Source: Candidatus Sumerlaeia bacterium
Lineage (GTDB): Bacteria; Sumerlaeota; Sumerlaeia; SLMS01; JANRJK01
Direction: 5' to 3'
Assembly: GCA_033764015.1 (NCBI GenBank)
Contig: JANRJK010000053.1
Span: forward strand, 1 to 64,000
Length of the DNA stretch: 64,000 nt
The notes beneath the pieces were generated by a model, which was not told where the DNA came from, did not search any database, and saw nothing but the letters and a program-made list of their open reading frames with translations. Numbering within the stretch: the stretch's first letter is position 1; every line of letters begins with the position of its first letter. Of the stretch, positions 1-8,798 are shown piece by piece. The position numbers were made by a program, and so were the translations under genes.

Positions 1-1
1 A

Positions 2-3000
2 ATGGAAAAGCAGGTGACCTTTCCCGTCGAAACCGCGCTGGCGGGCATCCCCGGGCTTGAGTATACACGCTCGCTTTCGCGCAACGGCTTCTCGCAGGTG
101 ACGGCCGTCTTCGAGGAGAGCACGGACATCTACTGGGCACGCCAGCAAGTGGCGGAGCGCCTTCAGGGCGTGCGCGAAGACCTGCCCCCGGGTGCCGATC
201 CACAAATGGGGCCGACGGCCACCGGTCTCGGCGAGGTGTACACCTTCGCCCTGGAGTTTGACTCGCCTGACAGCGATTTCAAGACGCCGGAAGGCCAGAT
301 TCTGAAGACCGAACTGGACAAGGCATCCTACCTTCGCACGCTGATGGAGTGGGTCGTTGTGCCGCAACTGGTCCGCGTGAAGGGGATCGCCAGCGTGGAC
401 GTGATCGGGGGCTACGAGAAGCAGTTCCACGTTCAACCCGATCCGCAAAAACTGGTGTCGTATGACCTCTCCTTTCAGGAGGTCATCGAAGCGCTTGAAA
501 AGAACAATGTCTCCACCGGTGCCGGATTCGTGCAGCACAAGGGGAACGCCTACATCGTCAAGACAGACAGCCGCGTGCGCACGATCGATGAGATCGGTGC
601 CATCATGGTGGGCGGGCACGAGGGAACGCCCATCTTCATCCGCGACGTGGCCGACGTCGTTCTCGGCGAGGAAATGCGAACGGGCGGTGCCAGCGAGAAC
701 GGACACGAGGTTGTCGTGGGAACAACACTCATGCTCCCGGGCGAGAACAGCCGTACCGTGGCCGCCGCAGTAGACGCGAAGATGCCGGATATCCGCCTCA
801 GCCTGCCGGACGGCGTGAAGGCCAGAACGCTCCTCAACCGACAGAGCCTTGTGGACTCGACGATTCACACGGTCGCAAAGAATCTCGTGGAGGGAGCGCT
901 GCTGGTGATCGTCGTCCTGTTCCTGATGCTGGGGAACGTCCGCGCGGCACTGCTGACCGCTCTCGCCATTCCGCTCTCCATGCTCCTCGCCAGTATTGGT
1001 ATGGTCCAGGCCGGGATCAGCGGAAACCTCATGAGCCTGGGAGCCATCGACTTCGGCATCATTGTGGACGGTGCGGTCATCATCGTCGAAAACTGTCTGA
1101 GGCATCTGGCGGAGGAACAGAAGCGTCTTGGGCGCCTGCTGACTCTGAAAGAACGGCTCCACACGGTGTTCCTTGCCGCCAAAGAAGTGCGTCAGGCTAC
1201 CCAGTTTGGGGAGGCCATCATCATTATGGTGTATCTTCCGATTCTGGCCCTGACCGGCGTTGAAGGGAGGATGTTCCATCCCATGGCGCTGACGGTGATC
1301 TTCGCTTTGGCCGCCGCCTTCGTCCTCTCCCTGACGTTCATTCCCGCCGCCATCGCTGTCTTCGTGAAGGGGCGCGTGACGGAGAAGGAAAACTTCATCA
1401 TGCGCGCATCGAAGGCGGTGTACGCACCGATCCTTGCGTGGTCCGTACGGCTTCGCGTGCTTGTCATCGGCGGCGCCGTGGCTGCCTTCGCCGGGAGCGT
1501 GTTCCTCTTCGCCAATCTCGGTCAGGAGTTCATCCCGACGCTGAACGAAGGGAACCTTGCCTATCAGTCGCTCCGGATGCCGAGCACAAGCCTTCAGCAA
1601 TCGCTCGCCATGCAGTTCGAAGTGGAGAAGTCCATCGCGAAGCTGCCGGAAGTGGACATCATGTTCTCAAAGACCGGCACGACGGAAGTCGCTTTTGATC
1701 CGATGCCGCCGAGCATTTCCGACGGGTTCATCATCCTCAAGCCGCGCGACCAGTGGCCCGATCCGGCACTCTCCCGGCAGGAGCTGTTTGAGAAAATTGA
1801 AGGTGCCACCGCCCACTTGCCCGGGCAGCTCTACGAAGCAAGCCAGCCGATCCAGCTCCGCTTCAACGAACTCCTCGCGGGCGTGCGCGGGGATCTTGCC
1901 ATCAAGATCTACGGCGATGAGTTCGAGAGCATGGTTCCGGTCGCGAACAAGATCGCCAAGGCCCTGGGAGAAGTGAAGGGTTCAGCCGATATCAAAGTCG
2001 AGCAGACCGAGGGTCTGCCCGTGATGACCGTCGAAATCGACCGCGAAGCCGCCGCCCGCTTTGGACTCTCCGTCGGGGAAGTTCAGGACGTCGTCGCCAT
2101 TGCCATCGGAGGACGCGAGGCGGGTCTGGTCTTCGAAGGCGACCGGCGGTTCCCGTTGATCGTCAGGTTGCCCGATGCAATCCGCCAGGACTTCGACGCC
2201 CTGGAGAACATACCAGTCCCGATTCCACAGCACGAGGATGGGGACTCAGGAGTTCAGTTGGCATCGCTGGCTCCATCGGCGCCTGATTCCCAACCTTCGT
2301 TCGTCCCGCTTGGCTCCATCGCGAAAATCACGGTCAGCGAAGGACCAAATCAGATCAGCCGCGAAAACGGAAAGCGCCGTGTTACCGTCACGGCTAACGT
2401 GCGAGGACGCGACCTTGGCGGCTTTGTTGCCGAGATTCAGAAGAAGGTCGCTGCGGACGTCAAACTGGCCCCCGGAACGTGGCTGGAGTACGGCGGTTCT
2501 TTCAAGAACCTTCAGGCGGCACGCGAAAGGTTGAGCATTGTCGTGCCGATCTGTTTCTTCGTGATCTTCCTCCTGTTGTTTTCGACGTTCAACTCGGCAA
2601 AGTACGCTGCGCTGGTGTTCAGTGGCGTTCCGCTCGGCCTGACCGGCGGGGTCATCGCGCTCTGGCTTCGCGGCATCGATTTCTCGATCTCCGCAGCGGT
2701 CGGGTTCATCGCCCTGTCTGGCGTCGCGGTTCTCAACGGGCTCGTCATGGTCAGCTACATCAACCACCTTCGCAAGGAGGGCATGGGCCTCGACGAAGCG
2801 ATCCAGAAAGGTGCCATGACGCGGCTTCGACCGGTCCTCATGACGGCACTCGTCGCAAGCCTCGGCTTCGTGCCAATGGCGCTCTCCACGGGCAACGGCG
2901 CCGAAGTCCAGCGCCCCCTCGCCACCGTCGTCATCGGAGGCATCATCTCCTCCACGCTTCTCACCCTTGTCGTGCTCCCGGCACTCTACCGCATGTGGCA

Positions 3001-3073
3001 TCGCAAGGATGATAAACTCACGGACGACGAGGACGAGGATCACCTCGTTCACGCCGACCCGAACGTGACCTGA
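2..3073 (+). CDS. czcA: CusA/CzcA-family heavy-metal efflux RND transporter (5' end lies upstream of window)
   Basis: HME-RND motifs: QVTFPVETAL, NLMSLGAIDFGIIVDGAVIIVEN, RLRPVLMTALVASLGFVPMA, QRPLATVVIGG; ORF begins about 60 residues into the family, so N-terminus is missing. Confidence 0.95.
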   Translation: MEKQVTFPVETALAGIPGLEYTRSLSRNGFSQVTAVFEESTDIYWARQQVAERLQGVREDLPPGADPQMGPTATGLGEVYTFALEFDSPDSDFKTPEGQILKTELDKASYLRTLMEWVVVPQLVRVKGIASVDVIGGYEKQFHVQPDPQKLVSYDLSFQEVIEALEKNNVSTGAGFVQHKGNAYIVKTDSRVRTIDEIGAIMVGGHEGTPIFIRDVADVVLGEEMRTGGASENGHEVVVGTTLMLPGENSRTVAAAVDAKMPDIRLSLPDGVKARTLLNRQSLVDSTIHTVAKNLVEGALLVIVVLFLMLGNVRAALLTALAIPLSMLLASIGMVQAGISGNLMSLGAIDFGIIVDGAVIIVENCLRHLAEEQKRLGRLLTLKERLHTVFLAAKEVRQATQFGEAIIIMVYLPILALTGVEGRMFHPMALTVIFALAAAFVLSLTFIPAAIAVFVKGRVTEKENFIMRASKAVYAPILAWSVRLRVLVIGGAVAAFAGSVFLFANLGQEFIPTLNEGNLAYQSLRMPSTSLQQSLAMQFEVEKSIAKLPEVDIMFSKTGTTEVAFDPMPPSISDGFIILKPRDQWPDPALSRQELFEKIEGATAHLPGQLYEASQPIQLRFNELLAGVRGDLAIKIYGDEFESMVPVANKIAKALGEVKGSADIKVEQTEGLPVMTVEIDREAAARFGLSVGEVQDVVAIAIGGREAGLVFEGDRRFPLIVRLPDAIRQDFDALENIPVPIPQHEDGDSGVQLASLAPSAPDSQPSFVPLGSIAKITVSEGPNQISRENGKRRVTVTANVRGRDLGGFVAEIQKKVAADVKLAPGTWLEYGGSFKNLQAARERLSIVVPICFFVIFLLLFSTFNSAKYAALVFSGVPLGLTGGVIALWLRGIDFSISAAVGFIALSGVAVLNGLVMVSYINHLRKEGMGLDEAIQKGAMTRLRPVLMTALVASLGFVPMALSTGNGAEVQRPLATVVIGGIISSTLLTLVVLPALYRMWHRKDDKLTDDEDEDHLVHADPNVT

Positions 3074-3078
3074 ACGAA

Positions 3079-3114
3079 CCCTGGGGCGGGTGCTTAAGCG
3101 CACCCGCCCCAGGG
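3079..3114 (+). terminator. 15-bp perfect stem-loop between RND and ATPase genes (no U-tract; terminator or mRNA-stabilising hairpin)
   Basis: CCCTGGGGCGGGTGC-ttaagc-GCACCCGCCCCAGGG. Confidence 0.55.
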
Positions 3115-3160
3115 CAATCCGGGAAACACACTCCTCAGCAGAAAGGTCAACAACCTATCG

Positions 3161-5416
3161 ATGAAGACATCTTCGCTTCGCATCATTGGAATGGACTGCG
3201 CCGAGGAGATCGCGGCGCTTAAGTCGGTCCTCGATCCGGTCGCGGGCGTGCAAGACCTTCAATTCGATCTGCTCAACGGCAGGCTAACTGTCATATTCGA
3301 TGATACGCAAACCTCCGAGCGCGCTCTCATCGCCGCCGTTTCGCGGACGGGGATGAAGGCGGAAAAATGGAGGGAAGCCGTTGACCCGTCACTGCCAAGT
3401 TCCTGGTGGGACGGCAACGGGCGAATGGCGATGACGGTGGCAAGCGGGTCTCTCATTGCTCTGGCGTTCGGCCTGCATGCAACGGCCTCCGGACTAGGGA
3501 CGGCGTTCTTCGGCGAGGCGGAGTCCGGTGTGCCACTCGCCGCGAAGGCGGCGTACCTGGCGGCGATGATTACGGGAGCATGGTTCGTTGCTCCCAAGGC
3601 CTTGTACGCGCTCCGCCGCCTCCGCCCCGACATGAACCTGCTGATGGTCATCGCTATGGTCGGTGCCGCGCTGATCGGCGAGTGGATGGAGGGGGCGACT
3701 GTCGCCTTCCTGTTCGCCCTATCTCTACTGCTCGAGTCCTGGAGCGTCGGTCGCGCCCGCCGGGCGGTGAGCGCACTTCTGGACCTGTCACCCACTAAAG
3801 CCCGGATCATCCACTTCGGTAGTCACGGCGAAAAGAAGCAGCCCGGTTGCTCGACTGGTTGCTGCGATCCTGTGGGACCGCAAGCGCACCATGACGATGA
3901 ACACCAGCATAGCGAAGCGAAGGGTGAAGCCCACGAGGAGTTGGTTGATGTGGCTTCTGTACCCGTGGGCACGACAGTGATCGTCAAGCCCGGCGAACGC
4001 TTCCCCCTCGACGGACGCATTTCCAAGGGCGAGACGGAAGTCAACCAGGCGCCGATCACCGGCGAGTCCGTTCCTGTCGCAAAAGCGCCGGGATCCGAGG
4101 TTTTCGCGGGTACGATCAATGGCGACGGCGCTGTCGAGTTCGTAACGACAAAACCCGCCGCCGACACCACGCTGGCAAGGATCATCCGCATGGTCGGCGA
4201 AGCGCAGGCCCGCCGCGCTCCGACTGAGCAATGGGTCGAGACCTTCGCCAAGTATTACACGCCGGCCGTCATGGTGCTCGCGCTCCTCGTTGCATTCATT
4301 CCCCCCATGATGGGCGGAGCCTGGGACAAATGGATCTACGAAGCCCTGACTCTGCTCGTCATCGCGTGCCCCTGTGCCCTCGTCATCTCTACTCCCGTGA
4401 GCATCGTTGCGGCGCTCACGGCGGCGGCGCGCCACGGCGTTCTGATCAAGGGAGGCCTCTTCGTCGAAACTCCTTCGCGCATTCGCGTGGTGGCGATGGA
4501 CAAGACCGGAACGCTTACTGAAGGGCGGCCCGCAGTCACCGAGATCGTACCTCTGTCGGGTCATACGACCGACGAGCTTTTGGAGATCGCCGCCGCCATC
4601 GAATCGCGGTCCGAACACCCTCTCGCGCGCGCCATTGTCAAGTTCGCCGAAGCGAAGGGAATCAAGAAGCGGGCGGCGGAGAGCTTCCAGGTCATTAAGG
4701 GAAAGGGGGCGAGCGCAATACTCGATGGAAAGCCCGTATGGCTCGGCTCCCATCGCTATCTGGAAGAACGCGGACAAGAGACCCCGGAGATGCATGCAAA
4801 GCTTGAATCCCTGTCGACGGCGGGTGCCAGCATCGTCGTGATCGGGAACGATGAACACGTCTGCGGTTTCATCGCCGTGGCCGATAAGGTACGCGACAGC
4901 GCCGCGAAAACCGTAAGTGCCCTGAAGGCCGCAGGAGTCGAACGTGTCGTGATGCTTACCGGCGACAATCGAGGAACAGCCAACGTGATCGCCCGGGCGA
5001 CTGGGGTGGACGAAGTACTCGCTGAGTTGCTCCCCGAAGACAAAGTCTCAGCCATCGAGCGCCTTATGAATGAGCACGGGCCCGTCGCAATGATCGGTGA
5101 TGGCGTGAACGATGCACCTGCTCTCGCCCGCGCCGACCTCGGTATCGCCATGGGAGCCGCAGGAACCGACGCAGCCATTGAAACTGCTGACGTGGCGCTC
5201 ATGAACGACGACCTGTCCCGGTTGCCATGGCTCTTTGCGCACTCACGCCGGACATTGGGCATCATCCGGTTCAACATCTTCCTTTCGCTCGCGGTGAAGG
5301 GTGCCTTCGTGATCCTCACGTTCGCGGGCACTGCAAGCCTCTGGGGAGCCATCGCAGCAGATACTGGAGTGTCGCTGCTGGTTGTCGCGAACGCGCTGCG
5401 TTTACTCAAGAGTTGA
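3161..5416 (+). CDS. cadA: P1B-type heavy-metal (Zn/Cd/Pb-like) translocating P-type ATPase
   Basis: N-terminal HMA-like GMDCAEE, TGES, CPC in TM, DKTGTLT phosphorylation site, SEHPLA, GDGVNDAPALA. Confidence 0.93.
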   Translation: MKTSSLRIIGMDCAEEIAALKSVLDPVAGVQDLQFDLLNGRLTVIFDDTQTSERALIAAVSRTGMKAEKWREAVDPSLPSSWWDGNGRMAMTVASGSLIALAFGLHATASGLGTAFFGEAESGVPLAAKAAYLAAMITGAWFVAPKALYALRRLRPDMNLLMVIAMVGAALIGEWMEGATVAFLFALSLLLESWSVGRARRAVSALLDLSPTKARIIHFGSHGEKKQPGCSTGCCDPVGPQAHHDDEHQHSEAKGEAHEELVDVASVPVGTTVIVKPGERFPLDGRISKGETEVNQAPITGESVPVAKAPGSEVFAGTINGDGAVEFVTTKPAADTTLARIIRMVGEAQARRAPTEQWVETFAKYYTPAVMVLALLVAFIPPMMGGAWDKWIYEALTLLVIACPCALVISTPVSIVAALTAAARHGVLIKGGLFVETPSRIRVVAMDKTGTLTEGRPAVTEIVPLSGHTTDELLEIAAAIESRSEHPLARAIVKFAEAKGIKKRAAESFQVIKGKGASAILDGKPVWLGSHRYLEERGQETPEMHAKLESLSTAGASIVVIGNDEHVCGFIAVADKVRDSAAKTVSALKAAGVERVVMLTGDNRGTANVIARATGVDEVLAELLPEDKVSAIERLMNEHGPVAMIGDGVNDAPALARADLGIAMGAAGTDAAIETADVALMNDDLSRLPWLFAHSRRTLGIIRFNIFLSLAVKGAFVILTFAGTASLWGAIAADTGVSLLVVANALRLLKS

Positions 5417-5493
5417 GCCGCCATGCCACCGCGCTGTTCATCGGAGGCTAACCTCCCATGACTTGTCGGAATCCCCCCGGTCAGGACGCGGCT

Positions 5494-6007
5494 TTTCGCA
5501 TCGTCCCGCACCCCGCGTTTCGCTTCGGCTCCTCGCCCCGATTCTCAGCACTTTCTCACGGAGCGCTGTTTGGGACGGTTGGCGGTCTTCGGCGACCCCC
5601 CGATTCGGACTCGGAATGGATGCGCTGGGGTTTACAGGCCAATTCGAAGCGTTTCAGGTACGATTTCGCACCGGTTTCGCTCCGAGGGCGCGGCGCGGAG
5701 CACTCATCCGCATGGACTTGAGAGGCCATGCGAAATGGTTTCGGTAGGGGCGAAAGGTGACAAAACGTTTCGCACCGGTTGTGTTAAGCGGAAGGAGGGG
5801 GGGGTCTGGGGTCTGGAGCGATTCTCTGAGAATTGGGGCCGGGAGAGGGCCCAGAGAGGGCTGGAGGGCGCCCGGTACGGCCCGAGGGCAGCGAAATCTG
5901 TCAGGTCTCTGAGGGCGGGGCGAGGGGGCCTCGAGTGCGCGTAACCCGTGGCGGAACAACGGCCTGCGGGCGCTGTTTTCGCACGAAAGCGGGCGCAACC
6001 GTTTCGC
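5494..6007. repeat. Cluster of 10 TTTCGC/GCGAAA hexamers, three extended as TTTCGC(A)CCGGTT
   Basis: TTTCGC at 5494, 5518, 5664, 5675, 5768, 5977, 6002; GCGAAA at 5730, 5750, 5891. Confidence 0.6.
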
Positions 6008-6055
6008 CCGGTTCGCTGTGAACCGGGGCGCCGACGGCTAGATTCGAGAAAAGGA

Positions 6056-6102
6056 AGTGGCTCCCCCACCTGGACTCGAACCAGGAACCTACGGATTAAC
6101 AG
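6056..6102 (-). repeat. att site: duplicated 3' half of tRNA-Asn (anticodon loop to CCA)
   Basis: 47-bp exact direct repeat of 25807-25853 (AGTGGCTCCCCCACCTGGACTCGAACCAGGAACCTACGGATTAACAG). Confidence 0.97.
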
Positions 6103-6432
6103 GGGACTGCACAAGTCCCCTAGTATCAGTCGTTTAGCCTCGGCAGCCAAGGCTTCCCCGGGATTCGCCGGGGCGGCACGGGGGCACCGGCGGAGGGTCG
6201 CCGGAGGGCGGCTCCGGGCGGGAAGCCTCCGAACGGGCGGCTCCCGCCGCGAGAGCGACTTGGACCGGAGGGGGACCGGAACGCCCTCGCAGGTTGGCCG
6301 GTCCGGCATGCGCGGGGTCGTCCGGCGGGTGCGTTCCACGGATGCCCCCGTAGCCGCATGGAGCCTCGGGCACGGCCCTGCGGTCCGGGTTGCCCTGCCC
6401 GCCGCGCACCGCCGCCTCCCGCTGGCCCGCGG

Positions 6433-6486
6433 TCCACTTCCTCCACTTCGGGGCGCCGACGGGAGGTTGGGGAGTTGGGGGAGCTT
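6433..6486. repeat. Island palindromic repeat, copy A
   Basis: TCCACTTCCTCCAC ... GGGGAGTTGGGGGAGCTT. Confidence 0.65.
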
Positions 6487-6821
6487 GGCGCCTTCCCATC
6501 CTCGCGATGGCGGCACGGGGCTCCTCCACGGGCGTCCGGGTCGGTAGCGCCTCCCACCGGCTCCGCAGGCGGACCCTTGAAGTCCTCAGTTCGCCCGCCG
6601 GAGTCGGAGCGGAGCAGGAAAGCCCTGCAACTCCAGGGGATTCTTCGTCCCGGGCAAGAGTTACAACAGGACATTGAGCCCCGGGAACAGACGCCACGCG
6701 CCACAAGGCGCGGTGGAAGGCGCACGCCCGGCGATCCCCCGGGGCGACGAGACCACGAACCGCCGGGGGCCTCCACCCCCGGGCATCCACGGTCCCCGCT
6801 CCGGCGGGGAGAGGACCAGCA

Positions 6822-8090
6822 ATGCCCACATCCACCAAGACGGAAAGGAACCGGTACCGGCTGAGCGACGCGGTGATCGCGAAGCTGCCGCCGCACGACC
6901 CCGACTCGCCGAGCCGGGAGAAGGAGTGGGCGGACAGCGAGGCCGTGGGCCTCCGGCTGTCCGTCGCGAAGAACGGAAGGAAGCGCTGGGACGTTCGCAT
7001 CCGCCTGCGGGGGCGGAAGCTGGCGATGCGCATCGGCGAGTGGCCCGCCGTCTCCACCACGGAGGCGAGGCGCCGCGCGAACGAGATGAAGGCGAAGGCG
7101 TCGCTCGGCGTGGACCCCCGCGCCGAACGCGAGGCAGCACGGGCGATGCCCACGGTGTCGGAGTTCGCCAAGGAATACCTTTCACACGCGCGGCGGACGA
7201 TCCGCAGCGCACGGGACAGCGAGCAGCGCCTGCGGGACCACGTCCTCCCGGCGCTCGGCAGGAAGCTGTTGGACGAGGTGCGGCGCGGCGACGTGGAGCG
7301 CCTGCACGCGGAGTGGTTGGACGCGATGACGCCGGCCTCGGCGAACCGGGTGCTGGCCACGGTGAAGGCGCTGTTCTCGCACGCGACCCGGATGGAACTG
7401 GTCGGCCAGAGCCCGGCGCAGGGGGTGCGGAACCACAAGGAGAACAACGCGCGCCAGCGCTGTCTCTCCGGCGAGGAATTGCAGCGGTACCTCGCCGCCG
7501 TGGCGGAGGAGCCGAACCCGGTGCTGCGGGGCTACCTGCGCGTGCTGCTCGCCACGGGGATGCGCCGCACGGAGGCGCTGACGGCGAGGTGGGAGAATGT
7601 GGACCTGGACAACAGGACGCTCCTCCTGCCCGAAACGAAGAGCGGCAAGTCGCGAGTCGTCGTGCTGAACGACGCCGCCATCGCCGCGCTGACGGAGGTG
7701 CAAAGGGAGCACGACAACCCGTACCTCTTCCCCGGCGCGAAGCCCGGGACACACCTCGCCGAACCTAAGTTCGCCCACGAGCGCGCGTGCCGGAAGGCGG
7801 GGATCGATAACCTGCGCATGCACGACCTGCGGCACACGTTCGCGAGCCTGGCGGTCTCCGCCGGGACGAGCCTCTACGCCGTGCAGGGACTCCTCGGGCA
7901 CGCCAGCCCCGTGATGAGCCAGCGGTACGCGCACCTCTCCAACGAGGCCGCGCGCCAGGGGGCGAAGACGGTCTCCGACGCGCTCCTCGCCGCCGCCCCG
8001 CACCCGAAGCCCGACGACGCGGCCCCCGCATCCAGCGCGGCGAAACTCGACACACAGGCGGGCAACGCTGCGAAGACCACAGCCGCCTGA
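6822..8090 (+). CDS. Tyrosine recombinase/integrase with N-terminal arm-binding domain
   Basis: GLRLSV..NGRKRW..IGEWPAVS..EAR arm-binding region; catalytic TGMRRTE, TKSG, HDLRHTFAS, LLGH, RYAH. Confidence 0.96.
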   Translation: MPTSTKTERNRYRLSDAVIAKLPPHDPDSPSREKEWADSEAVGLRLSVAKNGRKRWDVRIRLRGRKLAMRIGEWPAVSTTEARRRANEMKAKASLGVDPRAEREAARAMPTVSEFAKEYLSHARRTIRSARDSEQRLRDHVLPALGRKLLDEVRRGDVERLHAEWLDAMTPASANRVLATVKALFSHATRMELVGQSPAQGVRNHKENNARQRCLSGEELQRYLAAVAEEPNPVLRGYLRVLLATGMRRTEALTARWENVDLDNRTLLLPETKSGKSRVVVLNDAAIAALTEVQREHDNPYLFPGAKPGTHLAEPKFAHERACRKAGIDNLRMHDLRHTFASLAVSAGTSLYAVQGLLGHASPVMSQRYAHLSNEAARQGAKTVSDALLAAAPHPKPDDAAPASSAAKLDTQAGNAAKTTAA

Positions 8091-8186
8091 TGGCGGCGCC
8101 CCGAACCCGCAACGCAAACGGCCCGGCCACCATCGCGTGGCCGGGCCGCATTGCCATTCGACGCAACCACACGAAAGGAACCCGCC

Positions 8187-8492
8187 ATGCTGATCTTGGA
8201 ACTCCCCGACAAGCCGCGCTTCCCGCTGGGGCGCGTGTTCGCGACGCCCCGCGCCCTTGCCGCCCTCGGCGCCGACGACGCAGCCCGCAACGACAACCTT
8301 TCCCGAGTGCTCGCGCGACACGCCACCGGCGACTGGGGGGAGGTCGGCGAGGAAGACTCCCGGGCGAACGAACAGGCTCTCCGGCAAGGCACCCGCCTGC
8401 TGTCAGCCTATATCGTCGAGGGTCAGAAGCTCTGGATCATCACCGAAGGGGACAGGAGCGCCACCACCGCCCTGCTGCCGGAGGAGTACTGA
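8187..8492 (+). CDS. Small conserved protein typical of plasmids and integrative elements
   Basis: RFPLGRVFATP..RHATGDWG..LWIITEGDRSATTALLPEEY; AAGGA RBS before ATG 8187. Confidence 0.8.
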   Translation: MLILELPDKPRFPLGRVFATPRALAALGADDAARNDNLSRVLARHATGDWGEVGEEDSRANEQALRQGTRLLSAYIVEGQKLWIITEGDRSATTALLPEEY

Positions 8493-8500
8493 AGTGCTGA

Positions 8501-8537
8501 ATGAAGGGGCCCCGCAAGCGACACGGGGCCTCTTCAT
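8501..8537 (+). terminator. Stem-loop downstream of the integrase operon
   Basis: ATGAAGGGGCCCCG / CGGGGCCTCTTCAT, 14-bp stem with one G-U pair. Confidence 0.6.
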
Positions 8538-8798
8538 GAGATCAGAGAGGGCGAGGGATTTTTTTCAACCCGAATCGATTCCTCTTGCCAAGCCTTAGGA
8601 GAGGAGCTTCACTCACACTGGTTTTCATTGGAGGAAAAACCGACCCAATCCCACGGCGGCGACACAGTTCGACTCGGATCGCCCGGCAACAGGCAGAAGA
8701 CTCCTTCGCGAGTAGGCCAATTGCTCACATCGCGTCCCGGCTGCATGGCACCCGGGGCACAGCCCGCTCGAACTCGGGCAACTCCAAGCGACGAGGAA

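Noticed and set aside
6056..6102. Second tRNA-Asn gene
   Set aside because: Only the 3' half from the anticodon loop is present; there is no D-arm or 5' acceptor strand, so it is an att remnant.
5417..6821. ORFs between the ATPase and the integrase
   Set aside because: No recognisable motifs; several cross the att site.
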